A DNA stretch of 64,000 nucleotides. It comes from an uncultured Chloroflexia bacterium. GTDB lineage: Bacteria; Chloroflexota; Limnocylindria; Limnocylindrales; CSP1-4. The notes beneath the pieces were generated by a model. That model was not told the DNA's origin, did no database searches, and saw only the letters and a list, made by a program, of their open reading frames with translations. A program made the translations under genes and the position numbers. The stretch covers positions 266,658-330,657 of the forward strand of contig CAWGBA010000004.1 of assembly GCA_963820735.1 (NCBI GenBank). The letters are read 5' to 3'. Below, in pieces: positions 1-9,427 of the stretch (positions within the stretch are counted from its first letter, which is position 1; each line of letters starts with the position of its first letter).

Positions 1-455
1 GAGAGCTCGCCCGCGTGGTAGGCGTCGTGCGAGAGGAGGCGCAGCAGGATCGACTGGCGGGTGTGGAACCGCACGCCACCCGCGGATTTGACGCCGACGG
101 TCTCGTCCAGCGTCTCGGGCGTCCAGCGATCGAGACAGCGATCGACGATGGCCCACGTGCTCGTGAGGGCGTGGGCGAGTTCTTCCGCCCCGCGCGGATG
201 GTCGAGATCCTCCTCCCAGCCCGTCTGGGCGGGGTCGGCCCAGGGAGTCGCCTCGATGCCCGGCTCGCCGATCACGTAGCAGAGCCAGAAGACGCGGACG
301 CCGGCCATGTGGCCGACCGTGGCCCAGATCGGCCACCGCTCCGGAGCGGGCCGGATGCCGAGCTCGTCATCGCTCATGCCGCGAACGAGGTCGACGATGT
401 GGCGGTGATACACCGGCCAGTCGGCGTAGAACGGGCGGATCGACTGAGGACTCAC
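1..455 (-). CDS. DinB family protein (3' end outside window)
   Basis: Own translation from GTG 455: MSPQSIRPFYADWPVYHRHIVDLVRG...WPIWATVGHMAGVRVFW...TRQSILLRLLSHDAYHAGEL; DinB-type His triad (GH...HxxxH). Not in the ORF track because the stop is outside the window. Confidence 0.85.
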   Translation of the reverse strand, partial: MSPQSIRPFYADWPVYHRHIVDLVRGMSDDELGIRPAPERWPIWATVGHMAGVRVFWLCYVIGEPGIEATPWADPAQTGWEEDLDHPRGAEELAHALTSTWAIVDRCLDRWTPETLDETVGVKSAGGVRFHTRQSILLRLLSHDAYHAGEL

Positions 456-582
456 GCCCTCAGGGTAAGCGGCTCCGACCTGAGGCCGACCGCGCAGGAC
501 CGTCCGGGCGGCGGCGCGAGTAGCGCGTGGTCCCCGATGCTCTCACCGGCGGTCCGAGGTTTGCCGCCTTCTGCGAGCACGA

Positions 583-770
583 ACGTGATCGAGTTGGAAC
601 TCACCGAGGATGCCAAGCGCCATGGCCTGGCATGGGCGTTACCCGAGCAAGTGAAGGTGGCATTGGCGCGCCCGGCGGGCGCCAGGCACAGGCAAGCCAC
701 CATAGTCCGCGTGCCGATCCACGGGAAGGACGCGTGGCTCGCGGCGGCGCGAGAGCGGGCCGCGTCGTGA
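583..770 (+). pseudogene. Possible C-terminal remnant of a site-specific recombinase reading through the att core
   Basis: NVIELELTEDAKRHGLAWALPEQVKVALARPAG...VPIHGKDAWLAAA*; LARPAG is encoded by the tRNA-Arg 3'-end repeat. Family call is from recalled similarity only. Confidence 0.3.
664..679. repeat. 16-bp direct repeat of the tRNA-Arg(CCG) 3' end (att core)
   Basis: TGGCGCGCCCGGCGGG at 664-679 is identical to 7566-7581. Confidence 0.8.
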
Positions 771-807
771 GTCAGACGCGCGACTCTGATCGGTGCAAAT
801 GGGATAG

Positions 808-1068
808 GACTCAGCAATCCGCATCGAGCACGGCGGGTTCACGATCACCAATGCGCAGGGATCCTGGCAGCAGGTCCCCGACATCAACGTCGTCCAGCCT
901 GACGGGACCGGCACCACGCGCACCAGCGTCTTCCTGGGCCAGGGCGCCTACGAGGGTCTGACCGCGATCGCCGAGATCTCGCTCGCTAACGGTGTCTGGA
1001 GCTTCGAGGGCATCATCATCGACGGAGAAATCCCACCGGCCGGGCCGTCCGCGACGGCGGCCCCGTAG
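808..1068 (+). pseudogene. Start-less C-terminal fragment of a hypothetical protein
   Basis: Open frame with strong GC3 bias: IRIEHGGFTITNAQGSWQQ...FLGQGAYEGLTAIAEISLANGVWSFEGIIIDGEIPPAGP*; in-frame TAG at 805-807 upstream and no start near the 5' end. Confidence 0.55.
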
Positions 1069-1292
1069 CCAAGGCGACCTGACGAAGCGGCTGCCGGAGT
1101 GCATGAACTGTCGACACACAACCGGCCCGGATCCCGGTCCTGGGCCGGTTCGTCTCCGATTCGACTCGGACTCCCCGCCGGTCCTTCCCTACGGCCGGCG
1201 GGGACTGCCATTCGGGCCATGCAGCTGGTCGGCAATGAGGCAAGCGCGCAGCGTGCAACCCATGGAAACCATGGGAGATATCACACATGAAG

Positions 1293-1337
1293 TGGCTCCT
1301 GCGGTGGGACTCGAACCTACGACCAAGCGGTTCAGCC
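1293..1337 (-). repeat. tRNA-Asn 3'-half fragment (att-like), copy 1
   Basis: Reverse complement GGCTG--AACCGCTTGGTCGTAGGTTCGAGTCCCACCGCAGGAGCCA; 2-nt deletion in the anticodon loop relative to copy 2; no 5' half. Confidence 0.85.
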
Positions 1338-1395
1338 TTGTCCCTTATCCTCTCGTTCGAGTCGGTGGCAGCGGTCGCTGAGAGGGAGGAGCGCT

Positions 1396-2532
1396 TTGTC
1401 CGCGGCCGCACGCAGCCTGCTTCTCGTTTCGATGGTCGCCTTGATCGCTGCCTGCGCGGGTGCGTCGGCGCCGAGCCCAGTTCCGACGGCGGCGACCGCC
1501 CGAGCAAGCCCTGCTCAGGAACCGGTGACTCTCCGACTCGCGCTATCGGACGACCCCGGTCACCCCTACGAAGTTCCGATCCGTGCATTCGTTCAGGCAG
1601 CACACGACCTGTCCGGCGGTGCGGTGACCATCGACCCGACCTACGACGCCGGCGGTGTCGCCGGCGAGCGTGGCGCCGTCCAGTTGCTAGCGAACGGCCA
1701 GTACGACCTCGCCATCGCGCCCACCCGTGCCTACGAAGCAGTCGGGGTCACCAAGCCGGAGGCGCTGCTGGCGCCGTTCTTGATCGACAACGATGCGCTG
1801 GCTATTGCCGTCGCGACGAGTTCGATCGGCGGCAACCTTCTCGCGGGGATGACGGACCAGGGGTTCACCGGATTGACGATGTGGCCGGAGGATCTGCGCC
1901 ACCCAGGGGCTTACGACCAGTGTCACCCGCCGATCGTCGACCCGTCCGACTTGCACGGGATGAGCATTCATGTGATCGACGAAACGGTCGCGGACGACCT
2001 ATACACGCTGTTCGGCGCCACACCGTCGAACGGCAGCTTGGCTCCCTGCGGCACGTTCCAAGGCGGCGAGCTTGGCCTGCAGCAGGTTCTCTCTGTCCCG
2101 GGGCCAACAACGCTGACCGGTGATGTGACGTTCTTTCCCAAATACTTTGTGCTCGCCGCCAACTCTGCCGCTTTCCAGCGGCTGCCTGACCGGTGGCGGC
2201 AGGTGCTTCGCGATGCCGCCGCCTCCGCACAGGCGGCGGCGATCCAGGCGGATCCAACCGATGTCGGCGCTGCCGTGACCTGGTGTGCGGCGGGCAACGC
2301 GGTCGTGTTGGCAGGACCCAACGCCGTTGCCGCGTTCAAGGCAGCGGCACAACCCGAGTTCAACAAGCTCGTGTCGAATCCCAGCCTTCGGCCAACCATC
2401 CAGGCGATCCAGGCGCTGAAGGCAACGATCACGCCGTCGCCGAATGCCACGGCATGCCACGGCCCGGTCACGGCTCCAGCTTCGGATGCGCCCGCGGACA
2501 CTCAGGCCGGATCGACGGCACCTGGGTCGTGA
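1396..2532 (+). CDS. TRAP transporter DctP-like solute-binding lipoprotein (orphan, C-terminus possibly truncated)
   Basis: Lipobox LIAAC, VTLRLA, LSGGAVTI, P..DLHG, VLAANSAAFQRLPDRWRQVLRDAA; SD GGAGGAG upstream; no dctQM. Confidence 0.75.
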   Translation: MSAAARSLLLVSMVALIAACAGASAPSPVPTAATARASPAQEPVTLRLALSDDPGHPYEVPIRAFVQAAHDLSGGAVTIDPTYDAGGVAGERGAVQLLANGQYDLAIAPTRAYEAVGVTKPEALLAPFLIDNDALAIAVATSSIGGNLLAGMTDQGFTGLTMWPEDLRHPGAYDQCHPPIVDPSDLHGMSIHVIDETVADDLYTLFGATPSNGSLAPCGTFQGGELGLQQVLSVPGPTTLTGDVTFFPKYFVLAANSAAFQRLPDRWRQVLRDAAASAQAAAIQADPTDVGAAVTWCAAGNAVVLAGPNAVAAFKAAAQPEFNKLVSNPSLRPTIQAIQALKATITPSPNATACHGPVTAPASDAPADTQAGSTAPGS

Positions 2533-2797
2533 GCTCGCTCGGTGGACTCCGGATGCTGCTCAAGTCGGCGTTTCGCCGATCCGTGGAACGACGGTGTGTT
2601 CGAGACGGTCGGCTGCGTGACCGGTGTCCATCTCGCGCCTTTGCCTGACACGCGAGTCAGTTGGGACAGCGGCGCCCATCCGCGGTCATCCGGGTCACAA
2701 CCCGTAGACGCGAGCCCTGAGGGTCGCCTATACCTGTCACGATTCGTGTAACCCACGCCAAACCACGGGTCTCCGTGCAGAGAAATCACGAGTGAAA

Positions 2798-2844
2798 TGG
2801 CTCCGGCGGTGGGACTCGAACCTACGACCAAGCGGTTAACAGCC
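2798..2844 (-). repeat. tRNA-Asn(GTT) 3'-half fragment (att-like), copy 2
   Basis: Reverse complement GGCTGTTAACCGCTTGGTCGTAGGTTCGAGTCCCACCGCCGGAGCCA; adjacent sequence has no D-arm or acceptor 5' strand. Confidence 0.9.
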
Positions 2845-2891
2845 ATCTCGCTTCGGACCGTTTCACGTGGAAAGACGTCCTCGCGACGTTT

Positions 2892-2924
2892 GGGCGTGTC
2901 ACAGGCGTGTCACGGGCGTGTAAT
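2892..2924. repeat. Three tandem 11-bp direct repeats (candidate integrase arm sites)
   Basis: GGGCGTGTCAC AGGCGTGTCAC GGGCGTGTAAT, about 50 bp from the tRNA-Asn fragment. Confidence 0.65.
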
Positions 2925-3012
2925 CCAGCTGTCTCAGACGCAGTCCCACAAGCCGAATCCGCCGTTGCACAAGTAATCAGCCATAACGCACCGCGCCGTC
3001 GGGCCCTCGCCG

Positions 3013-3618
3013 ATGGTGGTCATAGTGATTGGCGTGGGACGTTTTGGGTCCGAGCGGCATCTACCCGATGTGAATGCCCACGAATTGGTCAACACGACGG
3101 CGACGGCCGAGCTGTTAACGCGAGCGCGGACCGGCGAGCGCGAGGCTTTTACCGCCCTTGTCGAGCGGCATCATGCCGAACTCGTGCGCATCGCCTATGC
3201 CATCACCGGCGACCTCGACGAGGCCCGCGACGCCGCCCAGCGTGCGTGGATCAAGGCTTGGCAACAGCTGCCGAAGGTCCGCGAGCCCGAGCGCCTCCGG
3301 GCATGGCTGATCGCGATCGCCGCGAACGAAGCGCGCCAACACCTGCGCGCTCATCGACGGCGTCAGGTGCGCGAGATCACACCGCTGACCCAGGTTGAGA
3401 CACCCGGGCACAGTGCGATCACCTCAGCCGATCGACTCGATCTCGCCGCCGCCCTGGTGCGTCTCGATCCGGCCGACCGCGGCCTGCTCGCGATGCGCTA
3501 TCTGGCCGGCCTGACCGCAGAGGAGATCGGAACAGCGACCGGGCGAACCGCTTCTGGGGTGCGCACCCGTCTGTCTCGCCTCATCGCGCAGCTGCGTGAG
3601 GACCTTGACCATGACTGA
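3013..3618 (+). CDS. ECF RNA polymerase sigma-70 factor
   Basis: Region 2 (AFTALVERHH...DEARDAAQRAWIKAW...LRAWLIAIAANEAR) and region 4 (RYLAGLTAEEIG...GVRTRLSR); true start may be GTG 3070. Confidence 0.92.
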   Translation: MVVIVIGVGRFGSERHLPDVNAHELVNTTATAELLTRARTGEREAFTALVERHHAELVRIAYAITGDLDEARDAAQRAWIKAWQQLPKVREPERLRAWLIAIAANEARQHLRAHRRRQVREITPLTQVETPGHSAITSADRLDLAAALVRLDPADRGLLAMRYLAGLTAEEIGTATGRTASGVRTRLSRLIAQLREDLDHD

Positions 3619-4926
3619 TCGCCCGTCGTTCGACCCGTTCGAGCAGCGCATCGCCGCTGAGTTCGAGCGCTACGTCCAGCCGGCGACGGATCCGAAGCCG
3701 ATCTCCGCGATCGTGGGGGCGGCGATGCGGCCGCGCGGACTCGCGGTCCGCGTCGGGAACCAGTCACGGCCACGCCGCTTCCTGCTGCTCGGAATTGCAG
3801 CGGCCTTCCTCGTGCCGGCGACGTACCTCGCCGCGGGCAGCCTGCAACCTCCAACTGCGGACCCGAGCGACCGCCTTCCGCCGCCGTTCGGACCTGCCCG
3901 CAACGGGCTGATCGCGACCAGCATCAACGGCGACATCGTGACGGTCGATCCGGCGACGGGCGCCAAGACGGTGATCATCGCGGGGCCCGAGACGGATACG
4001 GATCCGATCTTCTCGAGCCTCGGCACGCAGCTCCTGTTCTTCCGAACGGCGCCCGGCCAGGCGCAGTACGGCATGGGGGACGCCCTGTTCATGGCGGACG
4101 CCGACGGATCCAGCGTCCGACAGCTCGTCAGCGGGAAACCGGACACCGGCCAGCACTCCCCGTGGCTCCCTTGGTTCGACTTGACGGCCGACGGACGGCG
4201 GCTGATCTACGTCACCTGCTGCGGCGATGGCTCGACCGGCAGCCCGCAGATCCTCGACACCGTCACGGGAGCGACGACCACGGCCCTTACGGGCAGCGCG
4301 AAGTCGCCACTTCCCGCGGCCTTTACGGGCAGGGCGATGTGGCGACCGGGCCACGACGAGTATGTCTTCGCGGGCGACTTGAATCAGGGCGCACGGGCTT
4401 GTATGTCGCCCCGGCGGACGGCTCCGCCGCGCAGGCGATCGCCATTCCGGAGGGTGGCTTTTCGGAGTGGGGCCTGTCACCCGACGGTTCCAAGATCGTC
4501 TACGTGCAAGGGGATGGCCCGGGCCCTCTGCACATCATCGACATCGACACGGGCCAGGATCGACTGCTGACGCAGCCGGGCGACGGCTACGTCTGGTCCA
4601 ACCCGCAGTTCTCGCCCGACGGGATGCAGATCCTCGCCGAACGGTACCCGGCACCGGCGACTGGGTCGTCTGACATCGTGCTTGGGAAGTATTCCCTGGT
4701 GCTCCTGCCCGTCGATGGTGCCGGTCCTGTCGTCGAGCTCGGCGCGTACGACGCCTGCTGCGACGGAGACAGTGCCCGGATGCAGTTCTCACCCGACGGG
4801 ACAGAAGTGCTTGTTTATTTCACTGCAGACGACACGTCGTGGATCCTCGACACGACGGGTGGACCGGCACGGCAGCTCGACTGGTCGTACGGCGGTGGGT
4901 CGGCCTGGCAGCGACTCGCGCCCTGA
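3611..4926 (+). CDS. Putative anti-sigma factor with TM helix and TolB/PD40 beta-propeller (frameshift near 4390)
   Basis: ATG overlaps the sigma stop; FEQRIAAEFERY, TM LLLGIAAAFLV, repeats SPDGSKI/FSPDGMQI/FSPDGTEV; joins ORFs 3596 and 4162. Confidence 0.7.
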
Positions 4927-4947
4927 GGCAGGTGACAGGAGGTATCA

Positions 4948-6105
4948 ATGCGCTTTGCGTGGCTCTTCGGGCGAGCAACCTTCGCGACAGTTCTCGCGAC
5001 CAGCGCCATAGCCGGGGCGATGACCGCGGCAAGTCCTCCGCTCGGTCAGACCGCAGCAGCGGTTCCCCCGGGCGTGTCGGCTGCGCCCTCGACCGAGGTG
5101 GCGGTCTCTCCATCGCCCTCGGCATCGTCCGCCTCGCCGGCGACGAGCGCGGGCGGGGATGGTCTCATCCTGTTCACCGTTTATGACGGCGCCGGGGCCG
5201 GGCCATCACCGTGCACGACGTTCCACACCATCCGCCCGGATGGGAGCGACGAGCGACAGCTGACGACGGTCGTTGGCTGTGCAACTCCTACACCAGGAAC
5301 TGTGGTCTTTGGTGCCGCGAGCTGGAGCCCCGCGGGCGACGGTATCCTCATCGAGAGCGAGACCGCCACCACCCAGATCTCCGAGGTCGCCACGGACGGC
5401 GGCACGCCGCACGTGCTGCTGACGGTGCCTGGCAGCACGCCCGCGTTCTCGCACGATGGTTCCCAGTTGGCCTATGCGGACGGCTCGGGCGGCATCGTCA
5501 TCGCTGCCGCCGACGGCACGCACGCGCGCCAGCTGACGAGCACGCCGGACGCGACCAAGAGCTCGGACTCGTACCCGAGCTTCTCGCCAGACGGCTCGCG
5601 ACTCGTGTTCACGCGGTCCACCGGCGACCCCGTCGGGTCGACTCTTGGCACAGCCGAGGTCTGGATCGTGAACGCCGACGGCAGTGACCTGCACCGTCTG
5701 ACCTCGGAGTCACCGTTCACCTATGCCCGCTGGTCGCCTGACGGCTCGCGCCTCCTGTTCATCGGCTTGGACGGCGGCTTTTGGACCATCGACTCCGACG
5801 GCACGGGTCTGACCCGCGTCAGCATGCCCTGCGAGGGGGTGAGTCCCAGCCCAGCCGTGCCTCCCTATGTGAGTCCCAGCCAGCCGTGCCGCCCGGCGAC
5901 CGTGGAGTTCGCTTTCGACTGGTCTCCCGACGGTTCACGCATCGTCTTCCACCAGTTCGGCGGTAGGCCCAACAACTCCCTGCGTGTCATGAACGCCGAT
6001 GGCAGCGGCAGCGTCAGGACCCTCGTTTCTGGCTCGGGCGAACCGAGTCTGTACGGGTCGCTCGACTGGGGTCTGCCCAACACCCTGCAACCGGAGGCTC
6101 CGTAG
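4948..6105 (+). CDS. Secreted TolB-like/PD40 repeat protein
   Basis: Signal peptide, Ser/Pro linker, multiple (W/F)SPDGSR repeats; SD AGGAGG. Confidence 0.85.
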   Translation: MRFAWLFGRATFATVLATSAIAGAMTAASPPLGQTAAAVPPGVSAAPSTEVAVSPSPSASSASPATSAGGDGLILFTVYDGAGAGPSPCTTFHTIRPDGSDERQLTTVVGCATPTPGTVVFGAASWSPAGDGILIESETATTQISEVATDGGTPHVLLTVPGSTPAFSHDGSQLAYADGSGGIVIAAADGTHARQLTSTPDATKSSDSYPSFSPDGSRLVFTRSTGDPVGSTLGTAEVWIVNADGSDLHRLTSESPFTYARWSPDGSRLLFIGLDGGFWTIDSDGTGLTRVSMPCEGVSPSPAVPPYVSPSQPCRPATVEFAFDWSPDGSRIVFHQFGGRPNNSLRVMNADGSGSVRTLVSGSGEPSLYGSLDWGLPNTLQPEAP

Positions 6106-7173
6106 ATGCGATCTCGATCCCTCACGGCGCTGGCGATCATCACCGTCGCGATCGCCACCAGCGTTGTCACCGTGGCGCTGACAGCGACCGCGCCTGCGCT
6201 CGGTCAGACCGCGCCGACGGCTTCTCCGGGCGTGTCGGCCACACCCACCGATGTCGCCGAGTCCCCATCGGCCTCGGCGGGTGCGTGCCCGACATCTTCC
6301 GGCTCGATCCCGGTCGAAGCGCGGATCGAAAGCCGCGTCGTTGTCGGCGCTCCGGTCGGTCCGCGCTGGTTCACCTCCGACGGTACATCGCTGTGGGTCC
6401 ACGAGCCCACCAGCCTGGTGCGCGTGGACCTGGCGACGTCCACCATCACCGGGACGGTCCCCTTGAACCCGATCGAGTACGGCTTTGACACGAGCGGTGA
6501 GGGTTCTGTCTGGGAGACGGACTTCGATCGCGACGTCGTCCTCCGGATCGACCCGGTCGCCGACAAAGTCGTTGCGTCGATCCCGGTCGGATCGGCGCCA
6601 AACGGCGTCGCCGTGACGGCAGGGGCGGTGTGGGTGGCGGATCATCACGACGGGGCGATCACGCGCGTCGATCCCGCGACCAACCGCGTCGTGGCGACGA
6701 TCCCGGCGGGCCCGACCGGAGCCGGCGGCCCGTACAGACATGTACGCCGGACCCGCCGGTGTCTGGGTCGATGTCCCCAACATCGGTTCGGTGGTGCGCA
6801 TCGATCCCGCGACGAACACGGTCGGACCGATGGTGCCGCTGGACGGACCGGTCGCGAGTGACGGCGAGGAGGTCTGGATCGGCGTCGAGGTGGGGCCGAA
6901 TGGGCTTCCGCAGGCCGTCCGCATCGATCCGGTCTCGGGCCGGATCATCACGGCGGTCGACCTGCACGTGGCGAGCCTCGCGGACGACCTCGCCATCGGC
7001 CTCGGATCCGCCTGGGTCTGACCTCCGACGGTCTGTTCCAGATCGACTCCGCGACGGGGTGCATCGTCGGCCGCATCGATGTCGACGAAGGTGGTGACGT
7101 CATCGTGGCGGGTGGCGCGGTCTGGGTGTCAGCGAACGATAAGCCGTATGTGCTTCGGATCTCGCCGCAGTGA
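6106..7173 (+). CDS. Secreted YVTN/YncE-like beta-propeller protein (frameshifts near 6737 and 7020)
   Basis: Repeats RIDPVADKVVASIPVG, RVDPATNRVVATIP, RIDPATNTV, GLGSAWV; TGA at 7171-7173. Confidence 0.75.
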
Positions 7174-7565
7174 GTGGCGCGCGCACCCGCTGTCTGATGT
7201 GGGCGGCGCAGCGCTCCGCACACACGGGAGGACGGCACCATCAACATGCCTTAGTTCGACCTCAGCGGTGACATGAGCCGGTTCGTCCGGGAGATGAGCG
7301 CCCGGTCCGCGTTACTGGCTCGAGTTCCCAGGCGCGTCACCCGACGGCGCTACCGCGTCACCCACACCGCCGATCGCGTGACCATCAAGGACCGCGTTAA
7401 TGGAACAAATCGGTATGTCGCCATTCCGGCCCTCGACCTGCGCGATCGGTGGCTAACGATCGATGCGCTGGTGGGCCAGAGCCTCAGGCGGCCGAGTGTC
7501 GCCGGCGTCATCGGTGGCGCCGATGTCCCGACTCGATGTGTCACCCATGTCGCGACTCAAGACAC

Positions 7566-7641
7566 TGGCGCGCCCGGCGGGACTCGAACCCACGGCCTTC
7601 TGCTCCGGAGGCAGACGCTCTATCCGCTGAGCTACGGGCGC
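7566..7641 (-). tRNA. tRNA-Arg(CCG)
   Basis: GCGCCCGTAGCTCAGCGGATAGAGCGTCTGCCTCCGGAGCAGAAGGCCGTGGGTTCGAGTCCCGCCGGGCGCGCCA; 76-nt cloverleaf with CCA. Confidence 0.97.
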
Positions 7642-7733
7642 GCGACGGCGTCAAGAGTACGCGCGAACGCCCGCAACCGCGAGGACCGAACGCGCGCTGC
7701 CGCGAGCCGGGCGCGCGCTGCCCAAGGCCGACG

Positions 7734-7757
7734 AGATACATGCACGCGCATGTATCT
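7734..7757. promoter_or_regulatory. Perfect inverted repeat, likely MarR operator
   Basis: AGATACATGC-ACGC-GCATGTATCT, about 40 bp upstream of the LLM-MarR operon. Confidence 0.65.
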
Positions 7758-7795
7758 GCTACGATGGGCCACGCAATCAACGCACAGGTGCCCCA

Positions 7796-8991
7796 ATGCA
7801 GTTCGGAATCTTCTCGGTCAGCGACGTCTCGCGGAACCCCGTCACGGGTGAAACGCCCAGCGAGGCAAAGCGCATCAAGGACATGCGTCCAGATCGCCAA
7901 GCGCGCGGACGAGGTCGGGCTCGACGTCTTCGCGATCGGCGAGCATCACAACCCGCCGTTCTTCTCGTCGTCGCCGACGACCATCCTCGGCTACATCGCG
8001 GCGCAGACCGAGCGGATCATCCTCAGCACGGCGGTCACGCTGATCACGACCAACGACCCGGTCAAGATCGCCGAGGACTACGCGATGCTTCAGCACCTCG
8101 CGGACGGCCGCGTGGATTTGATGCTGGGTCGCGGCAACACGGTCCCGGTCTACCCCTGGTTCGGGCAGGACATCCGCCAGGGTCTGCCGCTCGCGCTCGA
8201 GCACTACAACCTGCTCCATCGGCTGTGGCGCGAGGACGTGGTCGACTGGGAGGGCAAGTTCCGCTCGTCGCTGCAGGGCTTCACCAGCATCCCGCGGCCG
8301 CTCGACGACGTGCCGCCGTTCGTCTGGCACGGCGCGATCCGCACGCCCGAGATCGCCGAGCAGGCGGCCTTCTACGGCAACGGCTACTTCGCCAACAACA
8401 TCCTCGCGCCCAACTTCCACTTCGTGCCGCTGGTCAAGCTGTACCGCGAGCGCTTTGCGCACTACGGCCACGGCACGCCGGAGCAGGCGATCGTCGGCCT
8501 CGGCGGACACGCGTTCATCGCCAAGAACTCGCAGGATGCGGTGAATACGTTCCGGCCCTACTTCGAGGGCACCGCCGTGTACGGCAAGACCTACAAGCTC
8601 GAGACGTGGATGCAGGGCACGCCGGTCAGCGTCGGCAGCCCGCAGGAGGTCATCGACAAGACGATGAGCTTCCGCGAGGGCTTCGGCGACTACCAGCGCC
8701 AGCTCTGGAACGTCGACCTCGGCGGGGCTCCCGCTCGAGATGGTGCTCGAGCAGGTCGAGCTGCTTGGCACCGAGGTCGTGCCCGGTGCTGCGCCGCGAG
8801 ATGGAGGCCGTCCGAGCGCCCGGGGTTCCCGACGCGCCGACGCACGAGACGCCTCGTGACGGCCAAGTACGGCGAGCGCGCAGCCGCGCCAGCCTCGACC
8901 GAACGACAACCGAGGCGACAACCTCACCGGCGCATCGCCCTACCAGGACAGCGACCCGGACCGGCCGGCCGAGTACCCGCTCGTCGCGTGA
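7796..8991 (+). CDS. LLM class flavin-dependent monooxygenase, CE1758-like (frameshifted)
   Basis: MQFGIFSVSD...GLDVFAIGEHHNPPFFSSSPTT...DPVKIAEDYAMLQHL...GRGN...IRTPEIAEQAAFYG. Confidence 0.9.
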
Positions 8992-9427
8992 ACGAGATCC
9001 GGACGCAACACGACCAGGCTCGCGAACGAGGCGTGGGAGGCGCTGTTCCGCGCCCAGGCGACGATCAGCCGCGAGCTGTTCGACGGTGACGTCTGGTCGG
9101 ACCTCGTGCCGCGCGAGTACGGCGTGCTCTACGCGCTCTCGTCGGCGCCGGACGGCCTGCGGATCACGGAGCTCGGCCAGGACGTGCTGCTCAGCCAGCC
9201 CGGCATGTCGCGACTGGTGGCACGCCTCGAGAGCGCGCGGCCTGGTCGAGCGGGTCGATGATCCCCGCGACGCGCGCGCATGCCGGATCCGGATGACCAC
9301 CGATGGAGCCGAGCTCCAGCGGCGCGTCGGTCGAGCGCACGCCCGCCAGGTGGCTCGAGCCATGACGCGCACGCTCGATGAGGACCAGCTGCAGCAGCTC
9401 CTGGATCTCTGCGGGCGGCTGGCCTGA
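8988..9427 (+). CDS. MarR family regulator (frameshifted)
   Basis: ANEAWEALFRAQ...REYGVLYALS...LLSQPGMSRLVARLE..RGLVERVDDPRDARACRIRMT. Confidence 0.8.

Larger units (their letters stand above)
664..7581. mobile_element. Degenerate tRNA-associated genomic island without an integrase gene
   Basis: Flanked by the 16-bp tRNA-Arg repeats; contains two tRNA-Asn fragments, gene fragments and accessory secreted-protein cargo. Confidence 0.65.

Noticed and set aside
458-485. CCTCAGG-N14-CCTGAGG inverted repeat upstream of dinB
   Set aside because: Short, single instance, no cognate regulator visible.
2798-2844. Functional or split tRNA-Asn
   Set aside because: Only the anticodon arm to CCA is present; no 5' half in the window, and copy 1 has a damaged anticodon loop.
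2859-2874. parS-like CGTTTCACGTGGAAAG
   Set aside because: 13/16 match to TGTTTCACGTGGAACA, single copy, both ends broken; could be part of the att arm.
1293-2924. CRISPR array
   Set aside because: The repeats are tRNA-derived and 1.5 kb apart, or 11-bp tandem units without spacers; no cas genes.
7273-7851. ORFs spanning tRNA-Arg (also the 27431 5' extension over tRNA-Asp)
   Set aside because: Shadow translations of tRNA genes.
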